A stretch of 64,000 bases of DNA. Source: Eledone cirrhosa. Taxonomy: Eukaryota. The stretch is from the NCBI GenBank assembly GCA_964016885.1, contig CAXHJY010000767.1, positions 1 through 64,000 of the forward strand, written 5' to 3'. A model generated the notes under the pieces. It saw nothing but the letters and a program-made list of their open reading frames with translations. It was not told the DNA's origin and made no database searches. Position 1 is the first letter of the stretch; each line of letters opens with the position of its first letter. Below are positions 25,334 to 37,244 of this stretch, piece after piece. The position numbers and the translations under genes were made by a program.

Positions 25334-25932
25334 TGGCATGCCTTAAAACTCATGATCTGGGCCTTATCTTGTTTTTCTGACATGCTTGAATGACCTGGGA
25401 TAGGTGGAGCTTCTTTGAACTTTGCAGATTGATGTTGAGGTGTTAGTTGATCTGCAGGTATACCTGCTGACCAGTAGGTTTTGTTCAAACAGGGTCAGGT
25501 AACAGACAGTTTGTTTTTTTAATTCCTGATTATGACTCAATTCAGTCTTTATTGTATATCAAACCTATATCTGTGTTTCTATATAATATATATGTATATA
25601 TGTATTATATATACATTGCAGTGCTATTAATATATATATATGTATATAATATAATAAAGTACCAGTAATGCACTGGGTAATTGCTGGCCTTGTGCCTAAA
25701 GTAGAAACAATTAATATATATATATGTATTATATATATATTGCAGTGTTGTTAATATATGTATATATGTATTGCAGTGCTATTAATATATATATATGTAT
25801 TATATATATATATATATATATATATATTGCAGTGCTATTAATATATATATATATTTATTATATATATATTGCAGTGTTGTTAATATATATATGTATTATA
25901 TATATATTGCAGTGCTATTAATATATATATAT

Positions 25933-26291
25933 GGAGGCACATGGCTTAGTGGTTAGAGCATTGGTGGTTAGTGGTTAGAGCATTGGCTTTGCACTCGAAA
26001 GGTTGTAAGTTCAATTCTCAGACTGGGTGATGTGTTGTTTTCTTGAGCAAGACACTTTACTTCACATTGCTTCAGTTTACTCAGCTGTAGAAATGAGATG
26101 ATAGGACTGGGGTCCCTATCATTCCACTACAAAGTGGTCGTGGAGGTCCCACGGCAAAAAAAAAGCACCCAGCACTCACTGTAAATGAGTTTGGTGTTAG
26201 GAAGTGCATCCAGCTGTAGAAATCAAGCCAGAATTAGTTCCCGTCCCACCCTTGCAAGCAGGGAAAAGTGGACGTAAAATGATGATGATGA
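25933..26291 (+). mobile_element. Full-length SINE (tRNA + CORE-like + RTE tail)
   Basis: Same family as 12403; inserted in (TA)n. Others at 36984-37243(+), 59701-59868(+) and 60721-61039(-). Confidence 0.88.
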
Positions 26292-26647
26292 TATGTATTA
26301 TATATATATTGCAGTGCTATTAATATATGTATATTGTGGTTTTGATATCATATACTTTGTATTCTTAAGTCATATTTACCTATATGGATTAATTCAATTT
26401 ATTTAGTTATTTATTGAAATGGAATATAATAGTTAGAAATATGAAAATATAGTTGCCACAATGCAGATAACTACAATAATAGATGAATAAATTGGCCAAA
26501 TCACATCTGAAGACAGAACAAATTGGACAGTAGAGTATAAGTATTTATTGTAGAGTTGAGATAGCACTGTTACTACTACTGATATATATATATATATATA
26601 CATACATATATATATAAATATATATATATATACATATATATATAAAT

Positions 26648-26678
<31 letters not shown>

Positions 26679-26974
26679 CACATATATATATTTATATTTA
26701 CATATACATATATATACATATATATATATATATACACATATATATATATATATTTATATTTACATATACATATATATATATATATATTTACATATACATA
26801 TATATATATATATATTTACATATATATATATATATATTTACATATATATATATATATATTTACATATATATATATATATATTTACATATATATATATATA
26901 TATTTACATATATATATATATATATATTTACATATATATATATATATATTTACATATATATATATATATATATT

Positions 26975-27028
<54 letters not shown>

Positions 27029-27030
27029 CA

Positions 27031-27061
<31 letters not shown>

Positions 27062-28344
27062 GTATATATACACATAAACACACACATTGATATAGATAGA
27101 TAGTTATAATCCTCTTCCTGTTCTATATATGAGAGTCTATGTGTTTATATCATTCTCTGTTTGTTACTCTCTTTCTTTCTCTCTAACACGCATATACACA
27201 CAAACACACAGCAAACACACACACAAACACACACAGCACACAGAGCACAAACACACAGAGCACACACACAAACACACAGCACACAACACACACACAGAGC
27301 ACAAACACACACAGAGCACACAGAGCACACACACAGCACACAGAGCACAAACACACACATCACACAGAGCACACACACACATATATACACACACAAATAT
27401 ATCATAGTATATATATATATAAAAAAACTCTCCAAACACAATTTATCCAGTCTCTGGTTGAATGTGTCTGCTAAATTTAGAAGACATCGGCGCCATCTAC
27501 TGTACAACTATTGATTTATACTTATTTTGGCTACATTCTGTCCAAGTCCAACATGCCACCATTAACACCTATTCTCACTATATTCTGTCTGTATGTCTGT
27601 CTAACTTTAAGTATTAATTCGGTTCGGCAGAGTTGTGGACATAGCTTTTATATGGTTGTTTAATTTGCTAGAAATAGCAGCTAAAACTACATCTTACAAC
27701 ACTCTACTGTCTTATCTAGTCTAAAGTCTGTCTCAAGCCTGGAGGTTCGTTAGGTCGGTGCTTATCCTGGTTTCATGGCGTGAAGTGACTGAGTACAAGA
27801 CTTCCCCCTGGGCAGGACGCCAGTCCATCACAGGGTTAAACTCCCATCTATTACTGGTACTCATTTTCAGCTGAGTATACTGGAGCACCGTGAAATGAAG
27901 TGTCTTGCTCAAGAACACAACCCACAACCCAGCCCAGGAATTGACCCCACAACTTAATGGTCATAAGTCCAACACACCACTTGGCCACATTCTTCCATCT
28001 ATTGTCTTATAGGGAAGGACATATTCAACAATGTAGTCCTAGATACACTATGCCAGAAAAAGTGACATATTATATCATTGGAATGGTTTTGATTATAAGT
28101 CACTTTTTTATTTTTTAGGTCTGGAAGAAGGAGTAGTGCCCATAGCCTTCACAACCTGAGATCAATACTATTGATTATTGCCAATCAACACCTGTAGGTA
28201 AGACATAAACAGTTTACCTGATATCATGTTGACCTGGAGTTAACAGCTTTGATACGAAACTGCCTGAAACTGCCCAACTTTTATGGCACAAATCTGTCCA
28301 TTTTAAAACATACTTAATATAAAAAGCTTCCATAGTAGTTAAAT

Positions 28345-29237
28345 TTAACTCTTTAGCATTTAAACCGGCCATATCTGGTCAGAATCCTCTCACCTCTTTC
28401 TGTTCTAACCAGCCGTAACTGGCTACTCATACTTACTTTAAGGTATTGTTCTCAAAATAAATAATATCAAAATCTCATAATATCAAAATCTCATAGATTC
28501 GATATTATGTGAGATAAATATGTGAGGTAAAGCCTTTACTGTGAAAATACAATAGTATATATAGAGTAATGTATATGTTATGTGAGATAAATATGTGAGG
28601 TAAAGCCTTTACTGTGAAAATACAATAGTATTTATAGAGTAATGTAAATGTTATGTGAGATATTATGTGAGGTAAGTCTTTACTGTGAAAATACAATAGT
28701 ATATATAGAGTAATGTAAATGTTATGTGAGGTATTATGTGAGGTAAAGCCTTTACTGTGAAAATACAATAGTATATATAGAGTAATGTAAATGGTATGTG
28801 AGATATTATGTGAGGTAAAGCCTTTACTGTGAAAATACAATAGTATATATAGAGTAATGTAAATGGTATGTGAGATATTATGTGAGGTAAAGCCTTTACT
28901 GTGAAAATACAATAGTATATATAGAGTAATGTAAATGGTATGTGAGATATTATGTGAGGTAAAGCCTTTACTGTGAAAATACAATAGTATATATAGAGTA
29001 ATGTAAATGGTATGTGAGATATTATGTGAGGTAAAGCCTTTACTGTGAAAATACAATAGTATATATAGAGTAATGTAAATGGTATGTGAGATATTATGTG
29101 AGGTAAAGCCTTTACTGTGAAAATACAATAGTATATATAGAGTAATGTAAATGGTATGTGAGATATTATGTGAGGTAAAGCCTTTACTGTGAAAATACAA
29201 TAGTATATATAGAGTAATGTAAATGTTAAAGGGTTAA
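28345..29237. mobile_element. piggyBac-type MITE expanded by ~9 internal 78-bp tandem repeats
   Basis: TTAA|CTCTTTAGCATT ... AATGTTAAAGGG|TTAA; tandem array at ~28505-29225. Confidence 0.82.
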
Positions 29238-29850
29238 ACTAAAAAAAGAAACAAAACATTCTGTATTCTCAATGTTGAATATTAAAAGTATATTAAAAAT
29301 GAAGGCCTGTAAAATAATTTCACTATTAAACTGGAACAAAAAAAATCTTTATTCTCAATTGTGTATATTAAAATTGTCTAAAAATTGAGGCCAGATATAA
29401 AGCTGTTAAATAGAGCAGAACACCTCCACTTAGACATAGCTAGTATACTAGTAAATGGTATTAAAGGTTATGTGAGCTTAGGTGTTTACTCTAACTGTAA
29501 TTGAGGGGCTGGGTTGACGTAGGTAAATATATGTAGAGAACCACGTAGCAGAGTATTACTAATAATTGTTTCTACTTTAGGCACAAGGCCAGCAATTGGA
29601 AGTGGAGAGGAAAGTCGATTAAATCAACCTCAGTGCATTACTGGTACTTTATTTTATAGACAAACTAATGACAATCTTGACACAATCTAGTGAAAGGCAA
29701 AGTTAACCTCGGCGGGATTTGAACTCAGAACGCAAAGGGCCATAACTCTATGCCGCTAAACATGATGTCTGACGCTCTACTGATTCTGCCAATCCACCAC
29801 CCTTATAACATATAATAATAATAATATTAAGTGAAGTGTGTAGAACTTAC

Positions 29851-29934
29851 CTCATCCCAACGGTCAAATGTATCTCCTTTTAAGAGGAAATCCGGCACTG
29901 GGATGCGCCATTGAAACTCGAAGGGTTTGGCCAT
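29851..29934 (-). CDS. PLCB4: Phospholipase C-beta (PLCB4/norpA-type), coding exon 1
   Basis: Reads MAKPFEFQWRIPVPDFLLKGDTFDRWDE, like the PLCB4 N-terminus (MAKPYEFNW...). Kozak context GCACCATGG, in-frame upstream TAG, donor GAG|gtaag. The exon's acceptor (ttctttgtcag) is at 29995, giving 60 nt of UTR. Confidence 0.95.
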
Positions 29935-30077
29935 GGTGCCAGGAATGGTCCTTTGCCTCCAGGGACACTAAACAGGGGTGGGGGGATCAGTTATCTGACA
30001 AAGAAGAACAAATAAATTCCAGATGAACAACAACAGTTACAGAAAAAAAAAGATAATAAAAATAATGAATGCTTTCT

Positions 30078-30620
30078 TTATTAACCACAAGGGTTTACAC
30101 AAAGTAAAACATTAAGGACAATACAGGACGGTACAAATGGGTATTTCTGTGAGTAAAAAAAACAAAAAGAGAGGATGTAACAAAAAAAACAAAACAATGA
30201 AATATTCTCCAATAGGGGGGAGACTTCCGAGGGACATTCGTGGAGAAAGCCCATTAAAAAAGCCACGGCGACCCTGACCACCAGGGCAAGTGCCCTCTCC
30301 CAGTTTTCCACCTTCAATTTACAGGCATATACTCAGAGTAGGCCCATTCACTCGGGCCATTGTTGCCTCTCTCACCCATCTTTCAACAAAATGCTGGGAA
30401 GAGAGCACTTCCCTCTCTACCCTGATTTTCCTTTTCAAATGAAATTTTAAAAAGTTAATCAAGGAATTACCCAAGAGGTAAGTGCTCGTCTTCAGCCCTT
30501 TCAAATGCGTCCACCACACTATCTCTTTTTAGCCACAAGGGTCAGCATGTAGGGGACAATACAAAGACATGGACAGTGGGAGGTTTACAATAAGCTCAAG
30601 TAAAAGTGCACAATGGCAAA
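30078..30620 (-). mobile_element. LINE 3' fragment (L1/Tx1-like)
   Basis: C-terminal peptide ...IVWWTHLKGLK...FHLKRKIRVEREVLSSQHFVERW, then a 3' UTR ending cccttgtggttaataaagaaa. Confidence 0.55.
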
Positions 30621-30801
30621 ACCAATTTAACAATAATAATAATAATAATGATAATGACAACAATGATGTATGTATATGTGTATATGTGTATGTGTATATG
30701 TATATGTGTATGTATAAATATATATATATATGTATGCATATATATTTTTTTATTTTTTTAAGCTGTAAATTATAATCAATGTGGTGTGTTAACTGGCTTA
30801 C

Positions 30802-30868
30802 CAATGTATACAATGAGTGTAGTTGCCCGAGGTGTCAGGAAGACACTCGGTATATAACAGAAATAATA
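30802..30868 (-). other. Candidate non-coding 5'-UTR exon of the PLC-beta gene
   Basis: Strong acceptor (ttttttcttttccttcag) and donor (TTG|gtaagc) around 67 nt of unique, ATG-free sequence. Coding exon 1 begins with an acceptor, so an upstream exon must exist. Confidence 0.6.
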
Positions 30869-31629
30869 CTGAAGGAAAAGAAAAAACAATAACAATAATA
30901 ATAAAAATGAAGGATAATTTACAACAGAGGCTTAAGGACTAAAATCTAAGTGAAAGGCTACGGAGAAGTTGTGGTATTCATGTGTTTCTAGCAAATTGCA
31001 AATGAAATACTTTCAAATAGATAACAAACCTGTTTGATGTTAACTTTCAATATACAACCCTCTCGCACCACCACCACCTCAACAATACCACCACCACAAC
31101 CCTATCACCACCACCACCTCAACAATACCACCACCACAACCCTATCACCACCACCACTACAACAATACTACCACCACCACCACCACCACAACAATACCAC
31201 CACCACTACCACAACACTATCACCTCCACCCCACTAACACACCACCACCACAACAATACTACCACCACCACCACCACCACAACCCTATCACCTCCACCCC
31301 ACTACCGTATCCCACCACCACCACCACTACAACAATACTACCACCACCATCACCACAACAACAATACCACCACTACCACAACCAAGAAAGGGGAAAAAAT
31401 AAGAAAAACAGACCCTTAAATATATTTCCCGTGCTATTTCCAACTTCCCCTTCTCTCTCTATATAAATGTATGAGCAAGGCATGGTCAGCCGACCAGACA
31501 CTGCCCACAACAGGACAACCCGTCTAACCCATGCTAGCGTGGAAGAACGGACGTAAAACGGTGATGATGATGATGATGATGATACATATATATAATATAA
31601 AATCAAAAGATGGTTAAAAGAGTTCCATG

Positions 31630-31697
31630 TATTTTATTATGCGCATTTCACAAACAAATATCATGGGATGATATTTGCGTTCTCATCAGATAAAATA
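31630..31697 (-). ncRNA. Minimal type I hammerhead ribozyme (candidate)
   Basis: tattttat CTGATGA gaac-gcaaatatcat-ccc-atgatatttgt-ttgt GAAA tgcgca TA ataaaata; lies inside an element with ~30-bp inverted ends (31592-31838). Confidence 0.65.
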
Positions 31698-32042
31698 GGG
31701 AGACATGATATGAAGCTTAAAAAACACTTGCGAGCAGTGAAGTGTTAAATTAACATATGAAAAATAAAGTAAGATGGAGATATGAGATTTTTTTCCAATC
31801 TCATATCCCTCTTTTAACCATCTTTTGATTTTATATTATTTATACTCCAGTCCTATAAACTGTTGAGTGCTACTTATCCGATATTTGCATTGCTTTATTG
31901 TGCTACAATAAAACTCACCTACATATACATATATATATATATATACACACATGTATATACACATATACATATATATATACACACTTATGTACATATACAT
32001 ATATATACACACACCCACACGTACATATACATATATATGTAC

Positions 32043-32074
<32 letters not shown>

Positions 32075-32241
32075 ACACACATATATATATACACACACAC
32101 GTATATATATATATATACACATGTGTGTGTTTGAACAACAAAAACAGAAGTCAGGTGTCGGTAGACAGTTCTGTTTTTATCTTTCAAACACACACATATG
32201 TAAATAACTCTGTAACCTGGATTGATTTTCTTCAAGGATAC

Positions 32242-32833
32242 CTGAGGCCGTCACCACCTCCCACAAGAACTACTGAGGCCGTCACCACCTCCCACAAGAA
32301 CTACTGAGGCCGTCACCACCTCCCACGAGAACTACTGAGGCCGTCACCACCTCCCACGAGAACCACTGAGGCCGTCACCACCTCCCACGAGAACTACTGA
32401 GGCCGTCACCACCTCCCACAAGAACTACTGAGGCCGTCACCACCTCCCACAAGAACTACTGAGGCCGTCACCACCTCCCACGAGAACTACTGAGGCCGTC
32501 ACCACCTCCCACAAGAACTACTGAGGCCGTCACCACCTCCCACAAGAACCACTGAGGCCGTCACCACCTCCCACGAGAACTACTGAGGCCGTCACCACCT
32601 CCCACAAGAACCACTGAGGCCGTCACCACCTCCCACGAGAACTACTGAGGCCGTCACCACCTCCCACAAGAACTACTGAGGCCGTCACCACCTCCCACGA
32701 GAACTACTGAGGCCGTCACCACCTCCCACGAGAATTACTGAGGCCGTCACCACCTCCCACGAGAACTACTGAGGCCGTCACCACCTCCCACGAGAACTAC
32801 TGAGGCCGTCACCACCTCCCACAAGAACTACTG
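32242..32833. repeat. 31-bp minisatellite, ~19 copies
   Basis: ctgaggccgtcaccacctcccac[a/g]agaacta. Confidence 0.95.
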
Positions 32834-32919
32834 GTCACACTGCCGATTCTTACCGTAACTACTCTTCCAAAGATACATTGAATTCTAACAACATTATCAG
32901 GCCCACCACAATCAAGTGG

Positions 32920-32985
<66 letters not shown>

Positions 32986-32987
<2 letters not shown>

Positions 32988-33256
32988 CGAAGGAAGTGTG
33001 GAAAGGAACCAGGTGGACCATAACGCACCAGAGTACTCAATACTTAGGGTAGTAGAGTGGGTAATAGGAAAATGTTTGATCCCGACGGCAGAGCTTAAGC
33101 CATTTCGACGGAAATAGCCGTCAAAACGGCTTGAGCTCTTCCATCAGGGTCAAACATTTTCCTATATATATATAGAATAAGAAAATGCAAAGAAGTTTCA
33201 GATGTTAAAGTCCTTTAACATCTGAAACTACTTCACATTTTCTTATTCTATATATA
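32986..33256 (+). mobile_element. Fold-back element copy 3 plus an adjacent unrelated hairpin (33165-33256)
   Basis: Both have TTTC-[stem-loop]-GAAAC-like architecture and (TA)n flanks. Confidence 0.75.
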
Positions 33257-33344
33257 CTCCGTCGCTCCTATGTGGAAAAAGTACATTGAGTGCTTGAATC
33301 AAATTGCCTTAAGTATGTATATGTATATATAAGAGGAATAAACT

Positions 33345-33626
33345 GTAGTGTGCAGGAGAGAAGACTGCGTTGGTGTGGCCATGTGATGTGCATGGAAGAT
33401 GACCGCTGAGGGAAGAGATGTCACGGTGGAAGGTAGATGCAGTAGAGGAAGACAACGAAAAACATGGGTGGAGTGGGTGAGAACTGACCTCAGATTGCTG
33501 AAGCTCTCAGAGGAAATGACGAAGGACCGTGACGAATGGAGAGATGCTGTGCTGAATATGACTGATTCCCCACTTGCAAGCAAGGAAGAGCAAATGTAAA
33601 ATGAGGATGATGATGATGATGATGAT
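33345..33626 (+). mobile_element. RTE LINE 3' fragment
   Basis: RRLRWCGHVMCMED...RGRQRKTWVEWVR and a (GAT)n tail; a related piece lies at 46710-46850(-). Confidence 0.75.
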
Positions 33627-34032
33627 TATATATATATATATATATGTGTGTGTCGAGCTGATGAAACATTTGTTCTCGGTATGGTGAACTAACTGTTGTG
33701 GAACTACTTTTATATCCACCAACATCACCCTTTCTCTGTTAAGTTTTGTTGGTACCACAACATCCAGTCCTAAATAAATGAGGTCGTGTAGGTGTCACGA
33801 CAAAAAAAAAAAACACAGTCCACGCTGTAATGTGGCCATGTAGGTAACATGGTAAAAAGCTCCCAGTCCACACTGTAAAAGTGGTTGGTGTTAGGAAGGG
33901 TATCCAACCGTAGAAAACGTGCCAGACAGTCCTATACGAACGAGACACGGTCACCCGACCAATCCCGCATCAAATGAAACAAAACCGTCTAACCCATGCT
34001 AGCATGGAAGATGGACGTTAAACGATGATGAT

Positions 34033-34069
<37 letters not shown>

Positions 34070-34102
34070 AAAACAGGGAGAAAGAGACGATTATTAGGAA
34101 GA

Positions 34103-34151
<49 letters not shown>

Positions 34152-34418
34152 AAGGTTAAACAAGGTTCAATGAATAAATCAAAGAATGAGTTTTACAATA
34201 GATTGGAAGCACTCAACAAATGGGTTTCCAGAGTTATTAATATTAATTCAAATTATTAACAATATATTATATGTATTATATGTATATTATATGTATTATA
34301 TGTAGTTTTTTTCATGTTTTCAATATTAAGGTATATAAATATTGAGTTTTGTTATATTACTCACTACCATGACTGAATCTTAACCATCTACTATGTCAGG
34401 GTATGTCATGCATCATCT

Positions 34419-34485
34419 TATTTTATCTGATGAAGACGTACTGTTGAAGTTAACTCAGTACCTCTGAAATATGTATAATAAAATA
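34419..34485 (+). ncRNA. Minimal type I hammerhead ribozyme (candidate)
   Basis: tattttat CTGATGA aga-c-gtactg...cagtac-c-tct GAAA tatgta TA ataaaata. Confidence 0.72.
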
Positions 34486-34556
34486 TAAAATATACTAAAA
34501 TATAATAAAATATACTTGATCACAAGAATATCTATTTTGTTAATATTTTGAAATAA

Positions 34557-34595
<39 letters not shown>

Positions 34596-34644
34596 GTATA
34601 TATGTATATATATATATGTATATATATAATATATATATATATAT

Positions 34645-36983
34645 AAGGCCAAGAGACAGGCATGGAAAGAATGGAAGAACGGGGGGAGCAGGGTACATTA
34701 CATAGAGACCAAGAGGGAAGCTAGGCGACAAGTATACTTAGCTAGGAGGGAAGCAGAGGATAGAAAATTCAAGCATGTTTTACAACGTGAGGACCAGAAA
34801 CAGGAGGTATTCAAGATTGCGAGGCAGTGTGTCAGAGATAGTTGTGATGTCATTGGAGAGAAGTGTATCCGGAATGATAAAGGTGAGCTTGCCCTCACAA
34901 GTGCTGAGAAGAAAGATGCATGGAAGAGTCATTATGATAGATTACTAAATGAGGAGAATGCATGGGAAGAAGAGACCCTACCCCACGTAGACCCTATAGA
35001 GGGACCAGCAGTACAAGTCAGCGGCAGCGTAGTAAGTAAGGCAATCAGAGATATGAAGATAGGGAAGGCAACCGGTCCATCGGGTATAGCTGCCGAGATG
35101 CTGAAGGCATCTGGGTCTGTAGGTCACACTATAACCACACGTATCGTTAACCAGGTAATACTAGAGGGGGCCATACCAAAAGATTGGTGCAGTAGCATCA
35201 TTGTCAACTGCTACAAAGGTAAAGGCGATGCACTAGATAGAGGAAACTATAGAGGTATAAAGTTGATGGACCAGGTCATGAAAGTAACAGAAAGAGTTAT
35301 AGCACAGCTGATTAGGGACCGGGTGAATATAGACGAGATGCAATTTGGGTTTGTTCCAGGGAAAGGCACCACTGATGCGCTCTTCCTTGTGAGGCAATTA
35401 CAGGAAAAGTACCTAGCTAAAAGTAAGCCACTCTACTTGGCATTTGTCGACCTTGAGAAAGCCTTTGACAGAGTTCCACGTGCAGTAATCTGGTGGGCTC
35501 TTAGAAAACTAGGAGTAGATGAATGGCTTGTGAAAGCGGTACAAGCCATGTATAGGGGAGCAGTCAGCAAAGTTAGGATTGGCAATGAGTATAGCGAGGA
35601 ATTTAGCGTACAGGTTGGGGTCCACCAGGGCTCTGTTCTTAGCCCTCTCCTGTTCATCATAGTCCTGCAGGCAATAACGGAGGAGTTTAAGACCGGATGC
35701 CCATGGGAACTCCTGTATGCTGATGACCTCGCACTCATAGCTGAATCTATGGTAGAACTAGAGAATAAATTCCAAACCTGGAAGCAGGGACTAGAGAGAA
35801 AGGGCCTCAAAGTCAACATGACAAAGACTAAGGTCCTTATAAGTAGACGAGAAAACAGAACCCAGATCCCCTCAGGGAAATGGCCTTGCTCAGTATGTAG
35901 GAAAGGTGTAGGTAGGAACTCCATTCTTTGCCCCAAATGCAAACAATGGGTACACAAGAGATGTAGCGGGATCTCAGGAAGCTTAATTAAGAATGTAGGA
36001 TTCACATGCAGCAGCTGTGCTGAAACAGCAAGCAAACAGCCACAGGAAACAAGTACCACCAATCTCTGGGAGGGCCCTGTAGAAACAGTAGACAGCTTCT
36101 GCTACCTAGGTGACCGAATTAGCAACGGAGGTGGGTGCTCAGAAAGTACAATAACTAGGGTAAGAACGGGATGGAAGAAGTTTAGGGAACTACTACCACT
36201 GCTAGCTGCAAAAGGCTTCTCCCTCAGAATGAAAGGCAGACTGTATGATGCGTGTATCCGAACAGCGATGTTGCATGGTAGTGAGACCTGGGCGCTGAAG
36301 GTGGAAGACTTACGTAGATTAGAGAGAAACGAAGCCTGCATGCTCCGATGGATGTGTAACAGTAATATACGTGAACGACAAAGCATAAATGAATTGAGAG
36401 AGAGACTGAGCATAAGAGGAATCAAATGCTGCGTGCAGGAGAGGCGGTTACGCTGGTATGGACATGTGATGCGTATGAAGGATGACAGCTGCATAAAAAG
36501 GTGCAGAGCACTAGAAGTTGATGGAAACCGCGGAGTGGGGAGACCCAAGATGACTTGGGATGAGGTGATAAGAGCCGACCTTACCCAACTACACCTCTCA
36601 AAGTCAATGACACACGACCGTGACTTCTGGCGTCACGCAGTAATACAGGGTACCCGACCTCCCATGGGTACATGCTGAAGCATATAAACAATATGCCCCC
36701 CCCCCCCCCCACCGCAAGGTGGTCGTGGAGGTGCCACGGCAAAAAAGCACCCAGCCCACACTGTAAAGTGGACGTGTAGGCGCCACGAAAAAGCACCCAG
36801 CACTCACTGTAAATGAGGTTGGTGTTAGGAAGGGCATCCAGCTGTAGAAATCAAGCCAGATCAGTTCCTGTATGAGCAAGGCATGGTCAGCCGACCAGAC
36901 ACTGCCCACAACAGGACAACCCGTCTAACCCATGCTAGCGTGGAAGAACGGACGTAAAACGGTGATGATGATGATGATGATGA
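34645..36983 (+). mobile_element. 5'-truncated RTE-clade LINE with intact RT ORF
   Basis: Frame open from ~34645 to the stop at 36678, with RT motifs (QFGF, DLEKAFD, GVHQGSVLSPLLF, YADD, RRLRWYGHV). 3' UTR ends in (GAT)n; the 5' end abuts (TA)n. Confidence 0.95.
35053..36678 (+). CDS. Non-LTR reverse transcriptase (RTE) with an inserted C4HC3 PHD-type finger
   Basis: 541-aa ORF; YADD at 35716-35727, CSVC/CPKC/HKRC/CSSC at 35887-36018. No endonuclease domain (truncated). Confidence 0.85.
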   Translation: MKIGKATGPSGIAAEMLKASGSVGHTITTRIVNQVILEGAIPKDWCSSIIVNCYKGKGDALDRGNYRGIKLMDQVMKVTERVIAQLIRDRVNIDEMQFGFVPGKGTTDALFLVRQLQEKYLAKSKPLYLAFVDLEKAFDRVPRAVIWWALRKLGVDEWLVKAVQAMYRGAVSKVRIGNEYSEEFSVQVGVHQGSVLSPLLFIIVLQAITEEFKTGCPWELLYADDLALIAESMVELENKFQTWKQGLERKGLKVNMTKTKVLISRRENRTQIPSGKWPCSVCRKGVGRNSILCPKCKQWVHKRCSGISGSLIKNVGFTCSSCAETASKQPQETSTTNLWEGPVETVDSFCYLGDRISNGGGCSESTITRVRTGWKKFRELLPLLAAKGFSLRMKGRLYDACIRTAMLHGSETWALKVEDLRRLERNEACMLRWMCNSNIRERQSINELRERLSIRGIKCCVQERRLRWYGHVMRMKDDSCIKRCRALEVDGNRGVGRPKMTWDEVIRADLTQLHLSKSMTHDRDFWRHAVIQGTRPPMGTC

Positions 36984-37244
36984 TGTGTTATTTCCTTGAG
37001 CAAGACACTTTATTTCACGTTGCTCCAGTTTACTCAGCTGTAGAAATGAGATGATAGGGACTAGGGTCCCTATCATTCCACTGTAAAGTGGTCGTGGAGG
37101 TGCCACGGCAAAAAAGCACCCAGCACTCACTGTAAATGAGGTTGGTGTTAGGAATGGCATCCAACTGTAGAAATCAAGCCAGAATCAGTTCCCGTCCCAC
37201 CCTTGCAAGCAGGGAAAAAGCGGACGTAAAATGAAATGATGATA

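Noticed and set aside
25933-26030. tRNA genes
   Set aside because: A/B boxes belong to SINE heads; no complete cloverleaf or T-run terminator.
35433-36548. Antisense ORFs over the RT
   Set aside because: Shadow frames of the RTE ORF with no recognisable motifs.
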